From the NCBI GenBank assembly GCA_022813865.1, contig JALDZX010000021.1, forward strand, positions 1-64,000: DNA of 64,000 nucleotides, in the 5' to 3' direction. Both the position numbers and the translations under genes were made by a program. The notes below the pieces were generated by a model, which was given only the letters and a program-made list of their open reading frames with translations, searched no databases and had not been told where the DNA came from. Position 1 is the stretch's first letter, and each line of letters starts with the position of its first letter. The DNA is from Xylographa opegraphella. Lineage: Eukaryota. Positions 49,940 through 61,029 of the stretch are shown piece after piece.

Positions 49940-51454
49940 ATGCTCTTGTTTTACCTAGTGGTCTTTGGACATCTCATCGGATATAGCTATTCACAAATCG
50001 TCGGCGGAGTAGACATCTCGAAATTGCCAGTCTGTGCAGTAAGTTCGTCCTAAGATTTGAATTACGGATGACGACTGACCATCGTGCAAGCAAGGGTGCT
50101 TAGAAAACAATACTGGCTCTGCTTATGGATGTTCGATAACAGATGTCAAATGCGTCTGCAGCAGTATTCCATACATCAATGCGCTGTCTTGCTGTTTGGA
50201 AAAGGAGTGTAGTTCCGCCGACCAGAATTGTATTTTCTTTGAAGTCCCCTTGATGAGATGATATGCGAACTAACAATATAACAGCCGCACTTGCCTTCGA
50301 TCTGGCACTTTGTGCGTCGTATAATGTCAGTATCCCGGATTTTCTGGGATGTTCTCCTCTGTCGGCGACTTCTGTCTCACTTATAACAACACCGCCTACA
50401 GGAGCCGCTTCGTCAGCCTCCTTAATAACCTCAGTGAGCGAACCATCAGTATCGACCGTCACAAATGCTATTTCAGCATTTGCCACCACAAGTGGTGGGC
50501 CAGTCGCTTCGTTCACCGGACAAATGCTTCTCACAGGATCGTGTACGATACCACAAATCGCCACATATACCACAACTGGCGTTGGTCTTCTCGAGTATCC
50601 ATGGGTTGGCTGCTCACCCGAGTCACCAGAGTGCTGCCCTTTCGTGTTTTCGCAGAACGGACCTCTTACCGTGTGTCCCACAGACTATTTCACAACCAGC
50701 AGTATGTGCTGTCCTTCGTAAGTCTCCAGCCTCAGTCTCCTTTTCAACATGACAAACTAACTCCCGCATCAGGGGCTGGTCTCTTCTCTCCACACAACTG
50801 ATTCCTTCCCTAACTCCTTGCTACACGTCGCCCGCTCTCCCACTGATACCACCCTCGGCCACCTCGTCGTCATCCGTTACACCATATGTAATTTCCACCC
50901 AGGCTTTTACTCTCAGCTACGCTCTGGCTCCACCTCCCTCTGCCGAACTTACAACCGCCGCGAAAGTCGGCATTGCCGTAGGCGGCGCTCTCGGCTTGAT
51001 ATTCGTCCTTGCCGCAATCTTCTTCACAAGTCGCTATCGGGCTCACCGTGCCAACGAACGCCGCGAAGCGACCTTCATCCGTACCGAAACGGGCCTGGTC
51101 GCGCCTCCCTCCTCTCACCGGACTCCCGTCTCGCTGATGAACAAGCGCGCAACCTTCATATCCGGCGCGTCACCCCATAGCCCCGTTGCAGCACAAGGCA
51201 GCCCCACCGCGGGACAGCCCATCCCAGAGCTGCCAAGCCCCCCACCATCATCACCACCTCCCAGTGCGTATTTGGGCGCGGGCAATGGGACGCGGGGTCC
51301 CGGATCGACCAGTCCGCCTAGTATGATTGGGAGTCCGACGATCAGCAGGGTGGGTAGTCCGGGAAGTTTGGAGCCGGTGATGGAGCTTCCCGGGAGCACG
51401 TATTTGCATGAGCATCATCCGATACATACTCCCGGGGACGGAGCAGGAGGATAA
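49940..51454 (+). CDS. CFEM-domain type I membrane protein (signal peptide, CFEM, S/T stalk, second Cys-rich domain, TM helix, Pro-rich tail)
   Basis: LPVCA|QGCL..GCSITDVKCVC..SCCLEKEC..ALC CFEM Cys pattern; TM AKVGIAVGGALGLIFVLAAIFF; tail VMELPGS. Introns 50039-50090, 50230-50284 and 50718-50772. Confidence 0.82.
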
Positions 51455-52644
51455 GGTCCGAGATGGGACTGTGGCCGCTGGTGGAAGATTTTTCTGGGCG
51501 TCAAAGCTATCAGTTAAGCACGCGGATTTTATGGCATAATCGACTCATTTTATTCTCTTAATATTACTACAGATCTCCCTTTGCATATACACTGTTGTTC
51601 GCAGCATCGTAGCAGACTGATTATCAGTGATCGTTTTGCTAACTTGTGCGTTGGATTTTCGTGGCTTTAAGCATCTCGATCTTATTATTCGGTTGCCTTT
51701 GCATCGTGACAGCGTCTGGTATTCTCTATCTTGCCGGTTCCACATGAGAGACTACCCACTTCGTTACAGCATTATTATGCAGCTATGGCTACTTTGAAAT
51801 CTCGTCTTCTGGCCTCCGCATTCTCTCCTCCCTCTCCGCCTGTAATCCTTGATCTATAGGTTTCTTATATATGAGCCTATAGTGTATGCGATGGATTCTT
51901 CAGTGGTGAGCACTGTTACTCAGTATATAGCTACATGAACGGGGCCGAAGGTGCCGCACTTATTCGGGGCCGACAACCTGAGCTAACATTGCCAGAGACG
52001 CATGCTCTTGCAGAATGCATTGCGGGAAGTCTCGGTTGGGAGAACTTTGGGAAAGCGCTGGTCTTGAAAGCAGAGGAACTGAAACTGAAGTAGTGCCGTG
52101 GGGCCAATGGTGACTCATGAGGTCTTGATGGCAGCGGCGTTGATGTTGACCTTGCTCGGAAGTCCGCCGAAGCTGATAATCCCCTTGTTCGGAAAGAGAA
52201 AGCGTGTTCATCGGTATAGGTCTGCTCAAGGTTGGAACAATGCAATCGTTCTATGGTTCAGATTTCGATGTTTCACTATTTCACAATTGGAAGTTATGTT
52301 TATTGTCGCACTCTATCTTTCCTCAAAGGGGTGAGTGATTCTTTCCCAATTATAGTTTTGTCCGATGATGGTCGTTGTTACCTTGTCTGGCTGGCGCTGA
52401 ACCTAGTTGAGCACCTGCTCGTCAACACTACCATGTTTATATTTGGACTGAAAAACTTCTTAGCAAGCTGGCCAGTCAGTTCTCAAATACTCCAAGTCCA
52501 TAAGACAGGAGAGCATTCTTCTTCCATTTTTTCCCTAGCATTGGCCTCTGATAACAGACGCGAACAACACCCAGCACTGCATACACACTTGTTCACTTCA
52601 AAACAACTTACATACATACCATTCGACGGTCCACTTCCATCATC

Positions 52645-53394
52645 ATGAATCCCGAGACTCCATCTTTCCCTTTCGCTTCAGCTGACCAGCCTGTTGGGAT
52701 CCTTCTCTTTCTGATACAGCAGAACCCGAAATTCGTCATCCCAGCCGGACCGTACTTCAACTTCAAAAGCCCAAACAGCCGACCGCGATCAACGTACGAC
52801 GTTGAGTACTTCGCCGACATTCTGGCTGAGATCAGACGTAGCAAAGGAGTAGAGCTGACAGGAACGGCGGACAATATTCTGCGCTATATAATCGCAGGCC
52901 TGATCAAGCACAACGGACTCTTCACGTTCTGCCACGACTTCGAGGGCAATGAAGACCTTCAGCATGGGTGCGAGGCACTCATTGAGCATGTTGATACCGT
53001 CATTGCGGAACTTTACAATGGGGAGACGCTGACAGACGGTCAACTGATATGGATCAAGTCTGAGCAAACACAAACCATCCGGGTAGTCGAAAGATACCCT
53101 GAGGTTCTGGAGGCGACCTGCCGGGCAAACGAGAGGATGGTCGATGTGATCTCCAATAAGGCACGGTCGAGCGAGAAAAATGGCCAAGCATGCATTGAGG
53201 TGAAATGGCTGTGGGTCAAAGTGCGGGAGACGTATATTGATCTCGCAGCAGTGGGCAGGGTCAATAGCCGGACCCTCAACACAGTGCAGCCGAGGTATCG
53301 TATCTACCATGAGCAGGACGAACTCTGTAATGACCTCCTCGACTTCCTCGAAGACATCGTCCGGTTGGAACCACTCGAGTCTGGGCTGGGTTGA
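52645..53394 (+). CDS. Hypothetical intronless protein, no recognised family
   Basis: 249-codon ORF with good start context (catcATG) and globular composition. Confidence 0.55.
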   Translation: MNPETPSFPFASADQPVGILLFLIQQNPKFVIPAGPYFNFKSPNSRPRSTYDVEYFADILAEIRRSKGVELTGTADNILRYIIAGLIKHNGLFTFCHDFEGNEDLQHGCEALIEHVDTVIAELYNGETLTDGQLIWIKSEQTQTIRVVERYPEVLEATCRANERMVDVISNKARSSEKNGQACIEVKWLWVKVRETYIDLAAVGRVNSRTLNTVQPRYRIYHEQDELCNDLLDFLEDIVRLEPLESGLG

Positions 53395-53679
53395 AACAAC
53401 TCCCTGCCTACCAGCGCAAAGAGGCTGGATACCGGCGTTGTGTGCGCGGGACCTGATCTTTCAGCCAGTGCGCGAACGTACAGCCACTGAATGTTCCGAT
53501 TGCCTCCACCTGCTAAGGAAGTTCGAGATATGCACAAGGAAATATACTCGTCCTGTCATGCGCAAGGGGAGACTTACAGGCGACTGATCGAGAGACCTAC
53601 GAACCTGGTGATGGCAGCACCTATATCTGCGAAGTAATTAGCCGATGTCAACATGAAGGGAACTTGCCAGAAGGACAGA

Positions 53680-53970
53680 GTCCAATCCGAGCCTAGATAC
53701 TGGGGCTAGATCAGGCGCCACAAAGACTGCGATCTGTGGATGGAGTCAGCAGAGGAAGAATGGAGCAAGATTTGGGCCAAGGGTAGTCTACATTTGAGGG
53801 GGTGAAGATCAAGGACGTCGAAAAGGGGAACCAGATCATACCCCTGACCTGGGTTTTCAAGCATCAACGCATGCTCCCAGAGTGATGCTGAACGACCGGT
53901 ACAAGAAGCTTCAGACCAAGGGGCATAACGAGAAGATCGACACCTGGATCAGCACATGGCAGATGTTCTA
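53680..53970 (+). mobile_element. Degenerate Ty1/copia LTR-retrotransposon fragments (RT N-terminus plus gag-like piece)
   Basis: EPRYWG*IRRHKDCDLWMESAEEEWSKIWAKG, then after a frameshift DVEKGNQIIPLTWVFK (copia RT-start signature), then LNDRYKKLQTKGHNEKIDTWISTW (fungal copia gag-like). Confidence 0.6.
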
Positions 53971-54936
53971 AACTCTCTGGCTCATGCGACGATTTATAGT
54001 ACACAGTTTCTTCTGTCCTCGTTATCCACATGCTCATTCGGGGAGGCAGGATTGGCCAAGTTGAAAAAGATCGAGAGGAGAGACAGTAAAGATGAACTCT
54101 AGGAAGTCACTTCGAACTCACCGGTCGATATGAGTCTCAAGATGCGGATGAGTTGTGGAGGCGGAGGAGGCGATGTGGATGAGTGAGTGAGGGAGGTTCT
54201 CAGTTCCCTCGGCACTTCAATCCCCCGGCCATGGACTTTGATCGGGCCGGCGTTTGGTGGCGTTTCTGACAGCGGGTAACAAGCGGCTTAGCGGCTGTGA
54301 TGGAGTTGGCTAGCAGGGGACTTAGGGGGAGTGGGGGTTGAGAGCTGTGCTAAGGAAGCGCTCCCGCTGCTACGCGAGATTTTAGGCGGATCTGATGGAG
54401 GCACGACTTAAGACTTCCCACTCGTACTTTTATCCTCCTCAAGACCTGCTGTGTGCTAGGGATATATAATACTCGACAGCTGCAGTCCACCGACGTGACC
54501 ATGAGTGACAGTGTTGATCTGTAATTACGGATGTGTTTAATTGCCTATCTAATGTTAATTCCGTGGGGGTCGAGGAGTCCCTAGGTGCCCGCCGTGGATC
54601 TCGGCGTCAGCTTCTGTTTCTCTTCCTTCCATTTCATCCTCAGTTCTTTTTTCTCATTCCTGTTCATGGTTTTCGACATGGACGAGACTACAGCTTCACC
54701 TTTCCCCGCTTGCTCTTGACCCACAGGCGGTCAGACTAATCCGCTGCCGTGGTTACTAGGCCGTCAATGTTTGCTAGCTTTCATACACTACTACATCCCG
54801 CACGATTACGGAGTCCGTGATCGCACTTTCCTTTCCATTCTGTCTCTACCTTGAAAATATCGCCGAAGCAAGATAGAACTCATCTACTTCACTTCATGCG
54901 ATTTGACACGTTCTGCTGGTGTCAATATTGCAAGTA

Positions 54937-57656
54937 ATGGATTCCGGCTGCGGACACGATGCGGGCCCATCCTCCTATGCCAGATCTACATATGAGACAA
55001 CTTGGGTCAATTCAGAACACGGTCACAAGTCTTCAATGAGAAATGGTACCCACCCATCATCACTACTCCACGATCTCTTGCGCGAGAAGAAAGCCGAAAA
55101 TTGCCGTATGAGCAGGGTGTCCGGACTTGGAAATAGTGGTACCAACGAGGGTTATGACCCCCGCGATGTCCAGAGCTCCCCCCTCGCTCCAATAGCTGCT
55201 ATGGCAGAGAATACTCGGAATAGTAGACGGGCAAGTAACCTTGGAGTAAGGTTAGCGTCAGTGCCAAAATCGATGGGGCTTCGTGAGACGGAAGAAGTAA
55301 GAGCCGCCAATGTTACCAAGTATGAATGATACTTTACTGACAATTTAATCAGTTCATTTCGAAGATAAGAAGCATGAACTACGATCTCCAGCTAAGTCTG
55401 GCACTGACCCGCCAACAAGTGGATGCTTTGAGAGAGCAAGTAGAGAAAATGGAAACTGAAGAGGCTGAACATGTGAAAGCTCACGAAGACTTGAAAGCTG
55501 AACATGTGGAGGCTCTGAAGATCAATGATGATTTGGTTCGGGAATTAGAGCGACGCGAGCAGGCGATACAGGAGGCTGTAACAATCATTTGTCAGCTTGA
55601 AGAGAAAATTGAAAACCTTGAATCAACCTCAACGCTCATCGTCTCATCCCCAGCTGTACAGCACACTCAGGCAGAACAAGTTTTCACTGAAGGTACACTC
55701 CCACAGCTAGAATACACAGGCTCGGCCTCCGGTCCCGAGACGCCTGAAGCCAGCCCGGTGAATTGTGACCACGCACTATCAGCTATTACGAGTGACAATT
55801 CCCTACAAAAGTCGCCTAGAACCGCGTCAGTTCTTCACAGGACTCCGTTGTTGAAGCCGTTTATTCTAAAATCAGAAATGGGCAGTGCTGGTACTCTTCG
55901 CAGCTTGTATCTAGCGGGAGAAAATAATCAACGAGAAAGCCCAATGACTGCGTCAACGACAAAGCCGTTGAGCTTTCTCTCCGGAGATGAGGACGAAGAG
56001 TTCACTAATCCAGAAGATTATTATAGGATGAGAACGCCACCTCTAAGTATCCTGAGTAAGAGCAGCTTTCCAAGCATCTATGGCACACCGGAACGCGCAG
56101 TCGTAGGTCCGCCCGCCGTCTCATTCAGTGGACTCGATACAAAACCGCACTCTGTAAAACAAGGTGACGACAAAGCCACGCGAACAGGGTTTCGGTATGC
56201 CTCAAGAGTCCATAACTGGTCGGACGACCAGGAGTCACCATCGAAAAATCGTCATATATCCCCCAGACGTGCCTTCACTGAACCGGCTGTTTCGATTGGA
56301 TCTCTGTTACGAAAGGAATCAACCACCGATAAACAATTGAATTCAAAATTCAGTGACCTTACAGAGCTACATGGCAATGTCAGTGTACTACCAAGCCCAG
56401 GCACAATGTATACCACCAACGCGAGTCGACATGACGATTCAACAACCTTGGCACATGGTCACTTGTCACAAGAAGACACAAGACCACCCTCGGCTGAAAG
56501 TTGTGACAGTGAACTGGCTCGTATTATATCGCAATTCAAGACTCCAGGGTGGTTTGGAACTCCAGCGCCGAAGCCAGTCGAACCGATCTCAACCGAAAAA
56601 GGAGTGTTTGGCCTTCATGATAACAGTGAACAAGACAGCCCCAAACTACCCCTTCCTTGGACAGGAAATTCTGCTGGGAGACTTCACGAGCACTCATCAG
56701 CTACCACTAACTCCGTGCCATACGGCAACAATACGATGTTCAATGGTGGTGATAAACTCCCAACAGAATATGGGACCCGATTGCCGTACAAACGCTATTC
56801 TCCACTTGATGAGACTCCACCTCGCATTACGCGTAACATGTCAGGATCGTCAGAACCTGAGCTATCTCCTGCTGGCAGAATCAATGGAGCGGAGTTCCCA
56901 CGTTCTGGAACGTTGAAGCAGACGCCCTCGCCCATCAAGGTTTCTCAGGAGAGACAAGACTACGAGAGCCCTGAAGCGCAATATTACCAGCGATTGGTAA
57001 CGCCACCTTCGGAACCTAGGAGTACGATAACTCACTCAGACACAGAGTCAAAAGTGCCTCATATCTCAAGCTCCAGGACGACTTCAAGTCTTTCGACAAC
57101 TCCACTACTGCCACCGCGTCCCAAGTATTCCTACCACATTTTCCCAAGATCGCAGTCTCAATCAATCAAGCCTCGCGAGACGCAGCAAGAGAATTTCCTA
57201 ATGACTCAGCGCCAATCCTTAGATGTCAGCAAACAAGGCACTACAATTTCAAACACCGCTCCAAGCCTCCTTCCGATAGTGCCTCGACCATCACTCCACC
57301 AACGAGCCCCAGCCTCCCGCATCGCTCGTCCCGGAACGGCAGGTAGTGCACAACCGCAGCGTGCCAGCTCTTCCATCATCACGCGCAGTGAAACCCATGC
57401 ATTCTCCACCGCTACCACGGCCAGGGACGACGAAGTGTGCCTCACTCCGAGCACCAATTCCCAAAACGATTCCGCTACCGATACGTCATCCCATAACGCC
57501 CGATACCAGGGTTCTAAAAACGAGGGAGCAGGGTCTCAAGCATCCAGTACGGTGGCGAAGGAAGGCACGCTGGGCCGCAAATGGGGAAAGAAACTTGGGC
57601 GGACGGCGAGCTTGAAGATCAGGCAAAGCTTTGGGTGGAAGAAGGGGGATAATTGA
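54937..57656 (+). CDS. Coiled-coil protein with a degenerate centrosomin motif 1 (CM1/Cnn_1N) and a long disordered S/P/T-rich tail
   Basis: SSLLHDLLREKK; MGLRETEE|FISKIRSMNYDLQLSL resembles the CM1 pattern LRE.E..ISKL.KxNFDLKL; ELERREQAIQEAVTIICQLEEKI; TPPLSILSKSSFPSIYG. Intron 55297-55352. Confidence 0.7.
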
Positions 57657-58240
57657 GGTTTGTCGCTCGACAACTTTGTGGGGTACGTGAGGACGAACTT
57701 GCGAAGGTACGTCGCGCGTTGCACCTCTGGGATAAATTCCCTCGTGAAGCAGCCAGCAAGCTCGCTTCGGCATCGATTTGGTTCTTTCTTTCAGTTGTAG
57801 TCATCATCATGGTCGCAACTGCGTGCGCGGTCTGGATGTTTGGTCTCAGGTCTCTAATCTCGCTCGATCGCCAGTGCTGGTTTCACTGGCGGCGGCGATT
57901 ATTGTCCTTGCAGACCTTACCAGACAGCAGTGTATCATAGACAGAGACTCGGAGAATGGATGAAATGGCTGGATAACTTCGACTTGTTATGTGCAGCATA
58001 TCACAGCTACAAGCTCGAAGAATTGAGATGTTTGGAGAAATTTCTCCCTTCTACCGCTTTGAGTAGCTCGCGTGATTACCTTGTTCCTTCCGGAATAACA
58101 ACCACTTCTCCCCAAAGTACCAAGTTAATCCAGACTCTACCATTTACTACCTAAACCAACTATCCAACCACCCAGTCCACCCCTCTCCACCCCCGATGCC
58201 ACACTCTCATCTCTGCAGACGCCATGACACCACGCATTCC

Positions 58241-60517
58241 TCACCCACCCGCCAAACCCACCAAGCCCCCATCCAACCCCACAGGGCTCCACACCCCGCG
58301 ATCCTTCTTACTCCGCGCCCACAGCACATCCCCCTTCATATAGACCACCACACCACCCCTCCCGCTCGCGCTGGCGGTGACGCGGAAGAGCGGCGCGCCG
58401 TTGATCTCGTGCGCCTCTCTTAGCGGCATGAGCAACAAGCCCTCCTCGGCGCACCAGTCCTCAACGACGTCCTTGAATGTCGGTTCCGGCAGCGACGCCT
58501 TCGGGTTCCCGTTCGTCGATCTCGGAATCGATGACGCGCTTGCACCGCCGGGGGCTGCGGATGCAGGCAGCGGGTGCGACGGCTCCGCCGTGGGGGGGGG
58601 TAGCTGGGCGGCGGCGTCGGGACCGAGCTCGAGGGCGTGGTTGATGGTTTCGAGGCCCTTGGTCCACTCGGCGGCGACGAGGGGGTGGGTAGTTAGGGGT
58701 TCGGGGAGCTGGTCTTTCCACCACAGGAACCACTCGCGGATCTCGTCGTAGTTGGGGGCAGAGGTGAGCCAGAGGTGGAGGATGGCGTGCCATTTGGGGA
58801 AGAGCTCGGCGGCGAGGAGAGCGGCGAGGGAGGAGGGCGAGAGGAGGGGGAGGTAGGTGAGTGCGGTGGTGAGGGGGGCGAGGTCTTGCGCGGAGGGGTC
58901 GATGACCAGGTGCGTGTGCAAGTAGGTGGCGAGGCGGGGGAGGAGGTGCGTGGTGAGGAGGTGGGGAATGGCGTGGGGGAGGAGGGGCTGCCATGGGGGG
59001 AGGTAGGTGGGGGGGCCGGTGGGGACGGGGTGCGCGGAGAGGAGGGAGCGGAGTTTTTGCTTGATGGTGGTGAGGAGGGAGGAGGAGTGGCTGAGGGAGA
59101 TGTGGTGAGGAGGGAGGTGTGGGAGCCAGGGGAAGAGCCAGGTATGCGGAGGGGGCGGTTGGTGGTGTTGCCGTTTGTGGTGCGGCTTCCAGGCCGAGAG
59201 GGCGGTTGTGAGACGGGGGATGATGAGCTGCTCGGTGAGGTTGGAGACGATGAATGCGGGGAGCAAGGGCCGCCATGTCGTGAGCAGGGTCGTTAGTGGG
59301 GTGGGATCGTGCGGGTCCCAGGTCGTAGTGATGGCGGTGCGGACCGGGGGAAGCCAGAGCGTGTAGATAAGAGTCTCGTAGTGGTAGGTCGACTTGCGAG
59401 GGCGGAGGGTGGTCGGTTGATAGTCTTGAGGGGCAAGGGCGTCGGACGTAGAGGAAGCTAGGATACCGAGAACGTGTGAAAGACGTTGAAGGTAGGAAAC
59501 TGTGCGGGTCGGATCGGTGAGTGGCGACCAGTCGAGCATGGCGGATCGAAAGAGTGGGTGGATGGCTGCGACGGCAATCTCTTGCAGGTTGTAATTGTCG
59601 AGATCATCGGTATAATCGATTTCTAAAGACTCTAGCTTCCGTGTGATGGCTTCCCAAGAGCCGCGGTCTTCTGTCGCAACGGGGCTTTCCATTGATAGCT
59701 GCTGGAGCTCCTGAATGGTCTCGACTACACTCCTCATCCGGCGGATCTCCTCCTGCTCGGTATCAAGATCGCCGACGATTTGGCTGCTCTGGAGATCGTA
59801 ATATTTCTTCCGATCGGTAAGACCTCGCCATTCTTCCGCGAACGCTTCCAGATCCCGCCGTGCTTCCTTTGCGATTCTTGTTGAAGGCGTTTCACTTGGG
59901 ACAATAGCAATGCCAGTAGTCAAATTTGATGTGAGGAGCTTGGTCTCCTTTCCGGTAATGTCGATGAGCGACTTCAAGACATTCGGGACCTGCAGGCCTT
60001 CTGATTCGGCTTCAATCTCAGCGGCAGTCCTGTATTTTATTTTCGGTCTTGCTCTGCTGCCCCCAGGCGTGCTTGCTCCACTCCCTCCACCCGCAATGCG
60101 ATTTTCTCTCTGTTTGCGCCGCCTCTTCTTTGCCTCCTCTTCCGAGTCTTCCAGTTCCACGCCTCGAAAAGCAGCCTCCCGTTTCTCCTCCTCTTTCGCC
60201 TGCTTCGTCTTCTCCCGGACCGCGCCTAGACCTGCGCCCTGCGGCCTCAGTTGTGTTTCGATGGGCGCAAGCCTCCCTCGGCCATCGGCTCCAAGGCCTT
60301 GGCCTTCGACGTAGCCCATCTTAGCCATCATCTTCGCGGCGAACGAGTTCGCCTTGCTCGGTCCCTGAGGGGCGGAGTCTTTGCTGAACTTCATTTTCTT
60401 GTGTGAGGGCTTTGTCTGAGTGTCCTCGTTGTCCTCGAACTTCCTGCGTCCAGGATTTGGGAAGCCGAATCCAAGCCCGCCCCCAGTACGGGGCTCATCC
60501 GACTCTTCACCGGACAT
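58241..60517 (-). CDS. SPP382: G-patch spliceosome disassembly factor Ntr1/Spp382/TFIP11
   Basis: G-patch FAAKMMAKMGYVEGQGLG..GRLAPIE..RPQGAGLG; GCFC-like region YETLIYTLWLP, HTWLFPW, FPKWHAILHLWL..PNYDEI.EWFLWWK; C-terminal TFKDVVEDWCAEEGLL. Single exon. Confidence 0.88.
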   Translation of the reverse strand: MSGEESDEPRTGGGLGFGFPNPGRRKFEDNEDTQTKPSHKKMKFSKDSAPQGPSKANSFAAKMMAKMGYVEGQGLGADGRGRLAPIETQLRPQGAGLGAVREKTKQAKEEEKREAAFRGVELEDSEEEAKKRRRKQRENRIAGGGSGASTPGGSRARPKIKYRTAAEIEAESEGLQVPNVLKSLIDITGKETKLLTSNLTTGIAIVPSETPSTRIAKEARRDLEAFAEEWRGLTDRKKYYDLQSSQIVGDLDTEQEEIRRMRSVVETIQELQQLSMESPVATEDRGSWEAITRKLESLEIDYTDDLDNYNLQEIAVAAIHPLFRSAMLDWSPLTDPTRTVSYLQRLSHVLGILASSTSDALAPQDYQPTTLRPRKSTYHYETLIYTLWLPPVRTAITTTWDPHDPTPLTTLLTTWRPLLPAFIVSNLTEQLIIPRLTTALSAWKPHHKRQHHQPPPPHTWLFPWLPHLPPHHISLSHSSSLLTTIKQKLRSLLSAHPVPTGPPTYLPPWQPLLPHAIPHLLTTHLLPRLATYLHTHLVIDPSAQDLAPLTTALTYLPLLSPSSLAALLAAELFPKWHAILHLWLTSAPNYDEIREWFLWWKDQLPEPLTTHPLVAAEWTKGLETINHALELGPDAAAQLPPPTAEPSHPLPASAAPGGASASSIPRSTNGNPKASLPEPTFKDVVEDWCAEEGLLLMPLREAHEINGAPLFRVTASASGRGGVVVYMKGDVLWARSKKDRGVWSPVGLDGGLVGLAGG

Positions 60518-61029
60518 GATGGGTGCTAGAAGGGCCCCAGGGCTTTTTCGTACCGGGCCTTTTAATGTTGTCTGAAAGTCATTCAAAGTCGTTAGATGGA
60601 AAAGATATTCCGAGCCCGATGACGCTAGAGTGTATGTAGTCAAGCGTATGCCAGGTCCAGCTATCGGTGGCTAGAATAAGCGATCAGCCCTCGGTTCCAA
60701 CTTCCGCTTCGGAGGAGGATGAGGATTGAAAAGGACTGTTGGACTTCATCTTCGTCTTCTTTGTACTGGACGAAACAATTGTCCGGTTCTTGTCCTAATG
60801 CCAGTTATCGGGCGTGGTAACTTGCTGTCACTCTCCCAACGGCGCGAGATTCTGTGTTCAGCTTGAGTAGCTCCGTATATAACATTTAAGATATTTATTT
60901 CGAATTTCATTGGTCCTACGCTCCTCCCGCAATTAGTGGACTCTATTCTTAGACATTTTAAAGATTATCGACCGGTTCCTTTCACATGTAGCACGCAACT
61001 CCCGCCGTCGCACGGTGAGAAGCGAAACA

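Noticed and set aside
57653..57940. ORF with a TM-like helix just after the CM1 gene stop (possible tail anchor)
   Set aside because: Different frame, TTG start, and no convincing splice route or slippery site; probably 3' UTR.
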